Source: Mayamaea pseudoterrestris
Lineage: Eukaryota
Length of the DNA stretch: 64,000 nt
Direction of reading: 5' to 3'
NCBI GenBank assembly: GCA_027923505.1
Contig: BROI01000016.1
Span: 124,001 to 188,000, forward strand
The notes below the pieces were generated by a model. That model worked only from the letters and a program-made list of their open reading frames with translations, was not told the DNA's origin and searched no databases. Shown in pieces: positions 1-14,000 of the stretch (position 1 is its first letter; each line of letters starts with the position of its first letter). Both the position numbers and the translations under genes were made by a program.

Positions 1-3000
1 TTCGCAGAAAGAAGCTTGGGTATGTGCCTGCTTCATTAAAAGGAAGTGGCGTGTCAAGGGTAATGTCGCGCCCTTCTGAGTAGCAATTCTCAGAGATAAC
101 GTCTTTCGCAGTGCGATCTTGGTTGTAGTAATCCTGATAAAGTGCCCAAATCCTGTCAACGTTTGCTACGAATGATTAAACACACGGTAAGTTATTCACT
201 AAATGTGCGCGCAAGCAACATGATGGCTCAAAACGTACCATGATGTAGATAAAAGAGAGGGTCGTCTGCAAGTGCAAGGGAGGCGATACATCAGAGGCCA
301 TCATTGCAAGAGCAACTGTTTTGTCAAAAGACACGTACCTGGAGAAGACATATAGGCCATGTTTCCATTGATGAAGTTATGCACTGAAAAAATGGAAGGT
401 TTGTGAGGTGAAACTATATACGAATAGGCCACCTGCGGTTGTGCTAGACTTACCTTGACCATGAGGCGTGCCTTGTAAATTATTACTGAAACCCGACAAT
501 CCTCCTGCGAATGTTGAACGAGAGATCAATGAGATTCGCTTCTCGACTATTTTTAGCTTCAACAAAAGCGACTCACCTCCGAAGTTTGGATAGTTCATGA
601 TCAGTCGGACGAGTTGATCCTCGGAATAGAATTTGTTCACATATGATTTCTCAAAGCCGCTGCGCAAACAACAATAAAAAGGAGAGCTTAGTATTTTCCA
701 AGCACGGTGCTAATTACAGCCCATGCTTTTGCTTACCGTCGGAGGCAGCCACCTCCCGCTCGAGTCGTCTGCTTCCAAAAACCACTAAAGCTGCTAATAC
801 CTTCTGTCACACACCCATTTCCGTCGATTCCGTTAGATGATCCAAACGTTTCTGCTTTAAGGACAGTTGCCTGAAGCTCTCTGCCCTTGTCTTTGGACCA
901 GTCCCAGTAAGGAACGGTTAAGCATGTGCCAGATACGGTTTGCAGAGCCTTCTCATATTTCCAAAGGTACCATCGATGCCACGGCAAGAACGGTCCATCA
1001 TTAGAACCATGCGCCACTTTATTTAATGTAGATGCATGGATTTTTGCAAAGGTAGCATAATTTGGAATCTTATACGTATTCGTGGCTGGCAGCTTGTACA
1101 GCAACTCGACAGCGCGCAGGTAAGCAGCCTGGTCAGCGCAGCTTGTATCATGCCAGGCTCGTCGAACTGACGGTCCACAATTCGCGGCAGAAAATGTAGG
1201 AGCTTTCGTAGGTGCTTTTACGGGTGTTTTCACTGGCGACCTCGTAGGAGGCTTTGTTGGAGACAATAATCGGAATGGTGAGCGAGTGAACATCACAATA
1301 ATCCAAAGACAATGATCCGTTTGGTCGGCCATACCTTTGTGGGTGTGTTAGTAGGTGACTGTGGAGCGAAAAAAGACGGTTAACAACAGGTGAACAAAGC
1401 ACAGTGGTTGGCGAGTGTTACGAAGTGCATCAATCCTACCTTAGTGGGCTTTTTTGTTGGAGCTGCAGTTGGGGCCTTCGTCGGTGCTTTACTAGGCTTT
1501 TTCGTTGGAGCCGCAGTCGGGGCCTTCGTCGGTGCTTTACTTGGCTTTTTCGTTGGAGCTGCAGTTGGGGCCTTCGTCGGTGCTTTACTAGGCTTTTTCG
1601 TTGGAGCCGCAGTTGGGGCCTTCGTCGGTGCTTTACTAGGCTTTTTCGTTGGAGCCGCAGTCGGGGCCTTTGTCGGTGCTTTGCTTGGCTGTTTCGTTGG
1701 AGCCGCAGTCGGGGCCTTTGTCGGTGCTTTGCTTGGCTGTTTCGTTGGAGCTGCAGTCGGGGCCTTCGTCGGTGCTTTGCTTGGCTGTTTCGTTGGAGCT
1801 GCAGTCGGCGACGCAGTTGGTCCAACAGAAGGCGTCTCTGTTGGCTGGCTCGTCGGCTTAGCTGTGGGTAGAGATGTTGGCGTAGAAGTGAATGGCGCTG
1901 CTGACGGTGCGTCCGCGGGAGAACCAATAGCAAAGTCAAATTCCGGGGCGAAATCGATTCCGCGGAAGAAGTTTGACGTCGGCGAACTAGTAGTAGGAGC
2001 TGCGGTAGGTCCTGCGGATGGCGCAAACGTTGGACTGGCTGTTGGCTTTCCACTTGGTGAAATTGTTGGCGACGCTGTAAGTTTTGCTGACGGAGAAGTC
2101 GTTGGGGTCAATGTTGGTGAACCGGTTGGTGAAGCTGTCGGCGACGATGTAGGTCCTGCAGATGGTGACGTCGTTGGGCTGGATGTTGGTCCTGCTGAAG
2201 GTGATGCCGTAGGACCTCGAGACGGCGAATTCGTTGGTGCTCCAGTGGGCAAAGCTGTTGGCGACGACGTGGGTCCTGCAGTCGGTGAGCTTGTTGGAAA
2301 TAGCGTTGGACCAACTGTGGGCAATTCTGTTGGTGAAGCGGTCGGGCCGCCAGTTGGTACTTTTGTTGGTAAAGCGGAAGGCTTGAGGGTCGGAGCTACA
2401 GTTGGGGAAGCAGTAGGCCCGCCACTGGGTGAGCTCGTTGGTGGAATGGTGGGACCGACCGTGGGCAAGTCAGTTGGTGAATGGGTAGGAACTGCGCTCG
2501 GAATTCCAGTTGGAGCAAGGGTTGGAGACATTGTCGCAGAAATTGCCGGCGCGAGAGTAGGCAAAGACGTTGGCGTTGCAAAAGGAGAGTTGATGACAAC
2601 GACTGGCGCCGACGATGGCGACGATCCATCAAAACCAGGCGAAAATCGAGGCGAGTCAACATTAACTTCCATTGCTGGAGCATCCGTTGGAGGATGACAC
2701 GTTGGATCGGCTGTTGGATTTGCCTCCACTGGGGCCTGTGTTGGCATTGACGAAGAATCAGTTGCTACGGCTGGTGGCAATGTTGGCACTTTCTGTGTAT
2801 CTGTTGATGAAAAAATTTGGACTGGTTGCAAAAGCGGTCCAGCGGATGGTGCTAAAGTAGGTTTGCGAACCGGTGCAGATTTTGGAAGCGACGTTGCCTT
2901 GCTTTCGGGTGCTGAGAATGGTTTCTCAGTAGACAAAGGCTCTTCGCCTTTTCTTGGTGCACCCCGAGGCAAGTCCGCAACCTCTTTCCTCGGTGCACTT

Positions 3001-4347
3001 GACGGAAAAGCAGCAGTTTCGACATTGTTATCAAAGTTGTTGTCTTGTCGTGGACCGACTGGGCGCATGGTGGGCTTGACAGTCGGCTCGCGTGACGGAT
3101 ACATGGTAGGCTTGGGAACTGGTGGCACAGGAGGCCGCGTTGGGCGCATCGTCGGCTTGACAGTTGGCTCGCGTGACGGATACATGGTAGGCTTTGGAAC
3201 TGGAGGTAGAGGAGGCCGCGTCGGACGCATGGTTGGCTTGATAGTGGGAGGTCTTGAAGGGTACATTGTAGGTTTTGGAACTGGAGGTAGTGGCGGTCGC
3301 GTTGGACGCATCGTCGGCTTGATAGTTGGAGGCCGTGAAGGGTACATGGTAGGTCGCGGTACTGAAGCAACTGGCTGTTTTACTGCTGGCTTTCCCGGAT
3401 TTTTGATTGTTGACGATGAATCTGAACGAAGAAACAATGGCGAGCCGAGTGGGATGAGTTTGCATGAAAAAGATGTCCATTTCAAACTCGCTTCAACATT
3501 ACATACCAACTGACTCGTCCTTCAAAATGCGGCGAGACGATTCCTTCACCGCCAAAGATGGTAAACACTGGCAGCTAAGTGTAAAATTGGTCTTGACGGC
3601 CCACTTTGCGTCCGTTACAGTGACAGTCGGATCCTTGCTGTCCTTGCTAATTCTGGTTCGCGCAAGCAACTGGTAAACAGCTTGCAATTGGTTTTCGCTT
3701 GCACATGCTGCAACTTGACCCGTCATGTCCGTCAATGATCCAGTCTGCGCAAACGGCAATAAAGTCGTGTAAATGGCGGATATCGGCTCGTCCTTGTAGC
3801 CGCGCAAGGCGATCGGAAAGGATTCTAGTTGAGGCTTGCTGCTGCTGCCATCCGTTTCAACATTGACATTGACACGAGGGTAGGTATTTCGAGCACCAAT
3901 CCAAACATGAAACTCATCAAGTCTCCAGTCAGTTTCCGTCGTATCAACGGTAACAATAAAGGCTTGCTTGCTTTCGTCAAGTGTCAGACAGAGCGTACCA
4001 GCTGCAGCAACTCCCATTCCATTAGAGTCGTCTCCCTGGATTCGCATCGCCCAGCACATGGATTCAGCAGTCGATGAAAATGACGACGAGTCTGATTCGT
4101 CTTTAAAGCAGGCGCTAATAATTGAAGTAAAGGCGCTGCTGTCATGATCGAATGAATGACTCGTTGTAGGCGTCGATGTTGCGTCGTTCACAGAATGCAT
4201 GATTGCCGACTCGCCATTGGCATTATAAACTCCACAAATCCAAAGCAAAAGCAAGATACAAAACAAAGGCGGCATGGTCTTTGCTGACTTTCCTCCTCGT
4301 CGCCGTAATTTACTTCTCATAGTCGTTGCATTTGTCGCCATCATCAT
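1..4347 (-). CDS. Secreted mucin-stalk tyrosinase paralog 1 (3' end runs off the window start); exons ~4347-3507, 3421-1440, 1358-1335, 1251-737, 659-577, 504-454, 383-339, 265-239, 165-<1
   Basis: Hydrophobic signal (LFCILLLLWICGVYNA), Cys-rich N-domain, P/T/S repeats, CuA motif IH...AHG..DGPFLPWHRWYLW. CuB motif PHGQVHNFING..SPDDPLFYLHHANVDRIW is rebuilt across in-frame GT-AG introns. Confidence 0.9.
1441..1809 (-). repeat. Coding tandem repeat, 48-bp unit (PTAAPTK[K/Q]PSKAPTKA), ~7.5 copies
   Basis: Visible in the DNA and in ORF 1380..3509. Confidence 0.9.
3060..3360 (-). repeat. Coding tandem repeat, 81-bp unit (PTMYPSRPPTIKPTMRPTRPPLPPVPK), ~4 copies
   Basis: tacat[g/t]gtagg recurs at 3100, 3181, 3262 and 3343. 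Confidence 0.9.
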
Positions 4348-5040
4348 GATTATGCAAGTCCTTCCTGTAATGGTTCGACTACGAATCGTGTCAAGTGTCG
4401 AGTCACGGTCACGATACTTGGAATGACTTGAGGCTTAAATAATGCTAAATCAAGTAAGCCCGACAGTCTTGCTGGATCATTTTCACGCACCAATCATTGC
4501 CCTTTGGCGCTGACCGGATCAATTGATCAACATTGCCCCTGTTGCTTGAGGTCTTGGTTGGATCAGTTTGATAGAGTAGCTGGGTACTCCTACGATACGC
4601 AGTAAGTTGCATCTTCGTATTTGAACGATTACTATGTACTGAAAGCTGTAAATGGCTCGCTATTGGGCCTTTTCTAACGTCTCGTCACGTGAACGGTATA
4701 CAAAGGTATGAATGGGCAAGGCAATCCACTGGCAAAAGGTGAATTCCGATTTGCAGGGCGTTTCGGTTAGCTGTAAAATTGTCAATGAAAAAAGATAAGG
4801 TACAGAAAGACAATAGTACATACTGTTAGCAGTTACTCGGCATATAATTTCATCGGCCCATTGCCGGCAGGATTTCGAGAGGCTTGCCATGTATACTGCT
4901 AGGGGCAGCCTGGTGCCGTATATGAAGGCACTAGTGCCGTACGTAATGATACTTCGAACGCGTGGTATTGCCAAGTGTTGTATCATTCTTCATGGTGCTA
5001 GCTGTCGCGTCAAATACAAACCTCCTTTATGGCATGACGA

Positions 5041-8000
5041 TTACGGCGTGTTCGCCGTATTGATCTGCTCAATAAGGTCCACCACATCGGGCTCCAGCCA
5101 GACTGGTATACTGTCGCTACAGTCGGCAGTTATTGTCAGATTGACAAGACCAACGTTAGGGTGGCGCATTCCAATTGTTAAACGGCCAGAGTCCTTATAA
5201 TAATCGGCCGGAACCGTCAGGACGACGTCGTTGGCCGCATTGTCAATACTTGTTCGCTTTACCTTGACCTTGCCGGATGCGCTAGCTTTATGTATGCGTG
5301 AGGAGCAGTCAAAAGGACCAAGATCAATGGACGAATTTCCGACCAAGACCGAAACGTTCGTTGTTTTCGCTTCGCACGCAACAACAAATATTCTCATCAC
5401 CAGAGTCACGCTGCTGGCCGACGACGGAACTCGATAGGTCTTGCTTGTTCCACCGCGTGGCGACAAGTACATGCCACGGGCCTTGCTCTTGTCAGCCTTG
5501 TGAAACGCCCAGGAAGCAACGTTATTGAAGGAAGAGAAATCGTCCGTCGCCACTGCAAAGGTTGGCGTTCCATCGCAAATTGGGTCCATCGCCGATGGAA
5601 CGGGGCAAAGTAGTCCGGTCAATTGACATGGAATCGAAATGGAATGCGAAATTTTATTGGCAGACAAGGCGCCAGCAGATCCGCATATATCTCTAACTCC
5701 ACTAACGCGACTCACTGGGAACAGCTCCTTGTCCCAGGCTTGAAGCTCGACGGTTGCAATATTATTTTGGCACTGGGCTTCGTAAGTTCCAAATACACCT
5801 GGAAACACATTTTCTGCCACATCGCATCGCTCCGTACCGTCAGTACCGACGTAATAAACGGCGACGCGGGCGACAGACGCGGCGCTCCACATTTGGGCCA
5901 GTGCAAAGGAAACGTTTGTGCCTCGAAATTCCGTTATATCGACGGGATCATACATGAATTTGTAAGCAGCGTCACTGGAGACGATGGTAGCTTTTTGACT
6001 ACAGTCCTGGGGGTTGTCACCGTTGAAACATCGAAATACCTCCGTCTGATTTTGCATTCCCTGCATCGTAATCCAGGACCAGGGAAGCATGAGCTTGTTA
6101 GGTTGCCCTTCACATCGGCGGTACGCAAGTGTATTCAATATGTCATGTGGCGATTGGCCTTCAGCAAGTAAAGTGTCCCACTGTAGCCGAGTGGTGAGGT
6201 CGCTCCAAGGTGGAACCTCTGTAGATATGTTGAGAGCTTTGCTCACTCCATCAACGTCAAATTCTGCAGTACTGGTATCTGCAATTTCTACATCTTCTTG
6301 CATGCGACGTGAGCAGGTAATTTCGTTAACAGGGCCCGTTGCAATTTCTATCCACGTCTTGTTGTTGGTCGTGGCATATGACCGCGCTCCATTAGTAGTG
6401 TTATATTTCAGCAGAAGCGCAAGATTGTCATTCGCGTATGTCACCTGGACTGTGTCTCCAAAATTATGGACTAGGTCTTTTGGTGTTGGTAGCTGACCAT
6501 TGTTCCGTAAGAAGAAACTAGGATATGTGCCGGCGCCGTTGACGAACGGGAGGTCATCATTGAGCTTTATGCCGCGTCCGTTGGCATAACATTGCGTCGT
6601 CGTCGTCATCGTTGTAATCTCTGATTTTTCGATCTGATCTTGATTATAGAAATCTTGCCACAGAGCCCAGATTCGGTCCACATTAGCTAGACGACGCGTG
6701 GACTTAAGTGAGTGTTTATTTCTTAAGTGGCACTATCATCACCGAGAGCGCACTTACCGTGATGTAACATAAACAGTGGGTCATCTTTAAAGGTTCGAAA
6801 AGATTTTTTGAGACATCGATGACGGATGTACGAGATAAGCTTGCCCGACACAAGACAAACTTACCAGGGCTGAAATGTGTCGCCATGTGCCCACCTATAA
6901 AATTGTGGACCGTACCATGTGGTGTGCCTTGAAAGTTATTTGAAAACCCATTTACTCCACCAAACTTTGGACGTGATGTGATTAAACTGATAAGTTCTAG
7001 CTCTGAAGTAAAAGTGTGTTGTAAATTGTACTGACTGGTGACATGAAATGAAATGGTGATGATCAGTGAGTGAACAAGCCGCAACAATATACCGTTGAGG
7101 TGCTGCTGCACACGTACCGCTGTAGACAGCCACCTGTAGAGACAGTTGTGTCCCAAAAGCCGCCGTAAACGCTAGAGCGGCCAATACCGTTCTGAACGCA
7201 TTGCTGCACATTGTAACTCGTAGATGAGCCAAATGTGTCACTTTTCAGAACAGAAGATACCCTTGCCTTCGTATTCGGCCCCGTCGAAACATCATAATCC
7301 CTTTCCCAATCCCAATAAGGAATGGTAACACAAGTTTTGGATACGATTTGTAAGGCCTTTTCAAACTTCCACAGATACCACCGATGCCATGGCAAAAACG
7401 GCCCATCATCCGCGCCGTGAGCCTTATCCTTGTTATATGGGTCAGCGTGAAGTGTAGTAAAAACTTGATAGTTTGGAATTTGTAACGAATTGTTTGATGG
7501 AAGCAAATAGAGCTGTTTGACGGCATTAAGATAAACCAAACGATCCGAACAGCTGGTATCACGCCAGGCCCGTCGGATAGAGGGACCGCAATTAGGAAAG
7601 ACAAATGTTGGTGCTTTGGATGGGACTCTCGATGGGACTCTCGATGGTGCTCTCGATGGTGTTCTGGAAGGTGCCCTGGAAGGAGTCCTGGATGGTGTCC
7701 TAGATGGCGTTCTGGATGGTGCTCTAGATGGGGCTCTTGATGGTGTTCTGGAAGGTGCCCTGGAGGGAGTCCTGGATGGTGTCCTAGATGGATCTCTAGA
7801 AGGTGTTCTAGATGGGAAATGGGAAGGATGAGAAGAACAAGTTGGTAAAAAACTTGGTGGCAGGCTGGGCTGAGAGCTTGGCGGAGCACTGGGTGACTTG
7901 CTGGGGCTGCCACTGGGATCACCCGTTGGCAATAATGTTGGTGGACTGCTGGGATGAGCACTTGGGATTGCACTGGGAGCCAGACTGGGTGTCACGCTTG

Positions 8001-11000
8001 GTGCCTGGCTAGGCTGAGAGCTTGGCAGAGCACTGGGTGACTTGCTGGGGCTGCCACTGGGATCACCCGTTGGCAATCTAGTTGGTGGACTGCTGGGATG
8101 AGCACTTGGGATTGCACTGGGAGCCAGACTGGGTGTCACACTTGGTGCCTGGCTAGGCTGAGAGCTTGGCAGAGCACTGGGTGACTTGCTGGGGCTGCCA
8201 CTGGGATCACCCGTCGGCAATAATGTTGGTGGACTGCTGGGATGAGCACTTGGGATTGCACTGGGAGCCAGACTCGGTGTCACGCTTGGTGCCTGGCTAG
8301 GCTGAGAGCTTGGCAGAGCACTGGGTGACTTGCTGGGGCTGCCACTGGGATCACCCCTTGGCAATAATGTTGGTGGACTGCTGGGATGAGCACTTGGGAT
8401 TGCACTGGGAGCCAGACTGGGTGTCACGCTTGGTGCCTGGCTAGGCTGAGAGCTTGGCAGAGCACTGGGTGACTTGCTGGGGCTGCCACTGGGATCACCC
8501 GTCGGCAATAATGTTGGTGGACTGCTGGGATGAGCACTTGGGATTGCACTGGGAGCCAGACTCGGTGTCACGCTTGGTGCCTGGCTAGGCTGAGAGCTTG
8601 GCAGAGCACTGGGTGACTTGCTGGGGCTGCCACTGGGATCACCCATCGGCAATAATGTTGGTGGACTGCTGGGATGAGCACTTGGGATTGCACTGGGAGC
8701 CAGACTCGGTGTCACGCTTGGTGCCTGGCTAGGCTGAGAGCTTGGCAGAGCACTCGGTGACTTGCTGGGGCTGCCACTGGGATCAACCGTTGGCAATCCA
8801 GTTGGTGGACTGCTGGGATGAGCACTTGGGATTGCACTGGGAGCCAGACTGGGTGTCACGCTTGGTGCCTGGCTAGGCTGAGAGCTTGGCAGAGCACTGG
8901 GTGACTTGCTGGGGCTGCCACTGGGATCACCCGTTGGCAATAATGTTGGTGGACTGCTGGGATGAGCACTTGGGATTGCACTGGGAGCCAGACTGGGTGT
9001 CACGCTTGGTGCCTGGCTAGGCTGAGAGCTTGGCAGAGCACTGGGTGACTTGCTGGGGCTGCCACTGGGATCACCCATCGGCAATAATGTTGGTGGACTG
9101 CTGGGATGAGCACTTGGGATTGCACTGGGAGCCAGACTGGGTGTCACGCTTGGTGCCTGGCTAGGCTGTGAGCTTGGCAGAGCACTGGGTGACTTGCTGG
9201 GGCTGCCACTGGGATCACCCGTTGGCAATCTAGTTGGTGGACTGCTGGGATGAGCACTTGGGATTGCACTGGGAGCCAGACTCGGTGTCACGCTTGGTGC
9301 CTGGCTAGGCTGAGAGCTTGGCAGAGCACTGGGTGACTTGCTGGGGCTGCCACTGGGATCACCCGTCGGCAATAATGTTGGTGGACTGCTGGGATGAGCA
9401 CTTGGGATTGCACTGGGAGCCAGACTCGGTGTCACGCTTGGTGCCTGGCTAGGCTTTGAGCTTGGCAGAGCACTGGGTGACTTGCTGGGGCTGCCACTGG
9501 GATCACCCGTTGGCAATAATGTTGGTGGACTGCTGGGATGAGCACTTGGGATTGCACTGGGAGCCAGACTGGGTGTCACGCTTGGTGCCTGGCTAGGCTG
9601 AGAGCTTGGCAGAGCACTGGGAGACTTGCTGGGGCTGCCACTGGGATCACCCGTTGGCAATAATGTTGGTGGACTGCTGGGATGAGCACTTGGGATTGCA
9701 CTGGGAGCCAGACTGGGTGTCACGCTTGGTGCCTGGCTAGGCTGAGAGCTTGGCAGAGCACTGGGTGACTTGCTGGGGCTGCCACTGGGATCACCCGTTG
9801 GCAATCTAGTTGGTGGACTGCTGGGATGAGCACTTGGGATTGCACTGGGAGCCAGACTGGGTGTCACGCTTGGTGCCTGGCTAGGCTGAGAGCTTGGCAG
9901 AGCACTGGGTGACTTGCTGGGGCTGCCACTGGGATCACCCGTTGGCAATAATGTTGGTGGACTGCTGGGATGAGCACTTGGGATTGCACTGGGAGCCAGA
10001 CTCGGTGTCACGCTTGGTGCCTGGCTAGGCTGAGAGCTTGGCAGAGCACTGGGTGACTTGCTGGGGCTGCCACTGGGATCACCCGTTGGCAATAATGTTG
10101 GTGGACTGCTGGGATGAGCACTTGGGATTGCACTGGGAGCCAGACTCGGTGTCACGCTTGGTGCCTGGCTAGGCTGAGAGCTTGGCAGAGCACTGGGTGA
10201 CTTGCTGGGGCTGCCACTGGGATCACCCGTTGGCAATAATGTTGGTGGACTGCTGGGATGAGCACTTGGGATTGCACTGGGAGCCAGACTAGGTGTCACG
10301 CTTGGTGCCTGGCTAGGCTGAGAGCTTGGCAGAGCACTGGGTGACTTGCTGGGGCTGCCACTGGGATCACCCGTTGGCAATCTAGTTGGTGGACTGCTGG
10401 GATGAGCACTTGGGATTGCACTGGGAGCCAGACTGGGTGTCACGCTTGGTGCCTGGCTAGGCTGAGAGCTAGGCAGAGCACTGGGAGACTTGCTGGGGCT
10501 GCCACTGGGATCACCCGTTGGCAATAATGTTGGTGGACTGCTGGGATGAGCACTTGGGATTGCACTGGGAGCCAGACTGGGTGTCACGCTTGGTGCCTGG
10601 CTAGGCTGAGAGCTTGGCAGAGCACTGGGTGACTTGCTGGGGCTGCCACTGGGATCACCCGTTGGCAATAATGTTGGTGGACTGCTGGGATGAGCACTTG
10701 GGATTGCACTGGGAGCCAAACTGGGTGTCACGCTTGGTGCCTGGCTAGGCTGAGAGCTTGGCAGAGCACTGGGTGACTTGCTGGGGCTGCCACTGGGATC
10801 ACCCGTCGGCAATAATGTTGGTGGACTGCTGGGATGAGCACTTGGGATTGCACTGGGAGCCAGACTTGGTGTCACGCTTGGTGCCTGGCTAGGCTGAGAG
10901 CTTGGCAGAGCACTGGGTGACTTGCTGGGGCTGCCACTGGGATCACCCATAGGCAATAATGTTGGTGGACTGCTGGGATGAGCACTTGGGATTGCACTGG

Positions 11001-14000
11001 GAGCCAGACTCGGTGTCACGCTTGGTGCCTGGCTAGGCTGAGAGCTTGGCAGAGCACTGGGTGACTTGCTGGGGCTGCCACTGGGATCACCCGTTGGCAA
11101 TAATGTTGGTGGACTGCTGGGATGAGCACTTGGGATTGCACTGGGAGCCAGACTGGGTGTCACGCTTGGTGCCTGGCTAGGCTGAGAGCTTGGCAGAGCA
11201 CTGGGTGACTTGCTGGGGCTGCCACTGGGATCACCCGTTGGCAATAATGTTGGTGGACTGCTGGGATGAGCACTTGGGATTGCACTGGGAGCCAGACTCG
11301 GTGTCACGCTTGGTGCCTGGCTAGGCTGAGAGCTTGGCAGAGCACTGGGTGACTTGCTGGGGCTGCCACTGGGATCACCCGTTGGCAATAATGTTGGTGG
11401 ACTGCTGGGATGAGCACTTGGGATTGCACTGGGAGCCAGACTGGGTGTCACGCTTGGTGCCTGGCTAGGCTGAGAGCTTGGCAGAGCACTGGGAGACTTG
11501 CTGGGGCTGCCACTGGGATCACCCGTTGGCAATAATGTTGGTGGACTGCTGGGATGAGCACTTGGGATTGCACTGGGAGCCAGACTGGGTGTCACGCTTG
11601 GTGCCTGGCTAGGCTGAGAGCTTGGCAGAGCACTGGGTGACTTGCTGGGGCTGCCACTGGGATCACCCGTTGGCAATAATGTTGGTGGACTGCTGGGATG
11701 AGCACTTGGGATTGCACTGGGAGCCAGACTGGGTGTCACGCTTGGTGCCTGGCTAGGCTGAGAGCTTGGCAGAGCACTGGGTGACTTGCTGGGGCTGCCA
11801 CTGGGATCACCCGTTGGCAAAAATGTTGGTGGACTGCTGGGATGAGCACTTGGGATTGCACTGGGAGCCAGACTGGGTGTCACGCTTGGTGCCTGGCTAG
11901 GCTGAGAGCTTGGCAGAGCACTGGGTGACTTGCTGGGGCTGCCACTGGGATCACCCGTTGGCAATAATGTTGGTGGACTGCTGGGATGAGCACTTGGGAT
12001 TGCACTGGGAGCCAGACTCGGTGTCACGCTTGGTGCCTGGCTAGGCTGAGAGCTTGGCAGAGCACTGGGTGACTTGCTGGGACTGCCACTGGGATCACCC
12101 GTTGGCAATAATGTTGGTGGACTGCTGGGATGAGCACTTGGGATTGCACTGGGAGCCAGACTGGGTGTCACGCTTGGTGCCTGGCTAGGCTGAGAGCTTG
12201 GCAGAGCACTGGGAGACTTGCTGGGGCTGCCACTGGGATCACCCGTTGGCAATAATGTTGGTGGACTGCTGGGATGAGCACTTGGGATTGCACTGGGAGC
12301 CAGACTGGGTGTCACGCTTGGTGCCTGGCTACGCTGAGAGCTTGGCAGAGCACTGGGTGACTTGCTGGGGCTGCCACTGGGATCACCCGTTGGCAATAAT
12401 GTTGGTGGACTGCTGGGATGAGCACTTGGGATTGCACTGGGAGCCAGACTCGGTGTCACGCTTGGTAGCCGGCTTGGGTAGATGGAGGGAAGTAATGACG
12501 GCAGACTTGTCGGAAATAGGCTTGGCATTTGACTAGGCGTTTCCGTGCACAGGCATTCGCATGTGCATAGTTCACCCAATGATTGTGCCTTTCGATATCT
12601 TTGAGAATTGTTGTCTATAAAGCCAAGCCGCGGAACGAACAAACGAACAAAAGGAATGGTAAGATATTTTGTAATGTGTGAGCCATAAGAAGCTCTTTTA
12701 GCGCGCAGAGTCTTACCATTCGCATTTGCTGGACTGTTGGCAGCAAAAGGTTTGTGAAAGGCTTGATTTGATGTCGTTTGCCGCTTTGGACAATTACAAC
12801 CAACTGTAACATTCGTCATGATGGACCAGGTCGCTCCAATCTCAGTGTAGTTCTCCCAAGAATTACGCGCACGGTCGTCGCCATTGGTCACTTTGGCCTG
12901 GGCCAGCAATTGGTAGACGGATGGCGGCGAGTGACTGGAACAGCATGCATGTCCGACTCTTGTTTCATTTACAAATCCTGCTTCGTCGAGCGGTAGTAGT
13001 GTGGTGAAAAATCTCTCATGTTGAAGCGACCCGTGAATGCCAACCAAATGATTTTCGTTGCTTAAAACGCGAGGATACGTTTCGTGATTGCCAATCCAAG
13101 CATGCACATTCTCCAGGTACCAACCCGAGTTGCCCAAGTCGAAGAAAACGTGAAACTCTTGCTCAAGTAATGTGCCTGTCGCTAGACAAAAAGTACCAAC
13201 CATTAGATGATTGCCAACTGTCACATTCCAGCACATTTCAAACGAGGCGTCGATGTTGTCATTTAGAAAGCAGCTTGGGATTGGTTCTTCGCAAGTAGTC
13301 TCATGCACTGGTAATGATTGCAGCAGCGTGCCAGTATGAAGTTTGAGCAGGTTTAGGTGCGAGTCGGATGTGACACGAGTATTTAATGGTGCTGCTCTGG
13401 AACGAGTCGGGCCATGGTCGATTGGCAATAAATGTACGCGCGGCGTCTCGTCATGGGCTGTCTTGCTTCCCTGCAGCGATGCGGAATCCAGTAATGCATG
13501 ATCTTTAGTTAACATGCTTTGGTGTGTTGCGTTGGTGCGCGAGGAACTGTGGCAGCTGCATGATCGGCGAAGCAATGGAGTTGGAAAAGACTTTAAATCT
13601 TTGATGCTGCTGCTTCGAAGCGTCACTATGGTTCCATTTAATCCAGCAACGATTACTTCAACCACGAGATGCATGTACGTATCTTGAGAATGTAAATTGT
13701 TTATATTCTTGTCGCAACATTTGTGCGGATGATTATTCAAATCAACCGTTGTGCTTGCAGTTTGCAGGCGATCTAGCAAATGATACTCTGCTGCGTGGCC
13801 TCCATCTAGTTGCTTCGAAGCGCCAGTATGATTGATTTTGCTACCAGAATTAGTAATCAAAACATTGGTTCGAATGATGAATGAATCCAAACTTTCGTCG
13901 ATATGAATGGAGACTTGCAAATTGTTGCTGTTGCTGCCGTCGCTGTTGTTGTCCGATAATGAGACGCAGACTTGACCAAAACGATGATTGTTTGCATGTG

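Noticed and set aside
1390..3513. Long + strand ORFs (GAAVGAFVG... 435 aa; 216 aa)
   Set aside because: Antisense shadows of P/T/A/K codon repeats in tyrosinase 1
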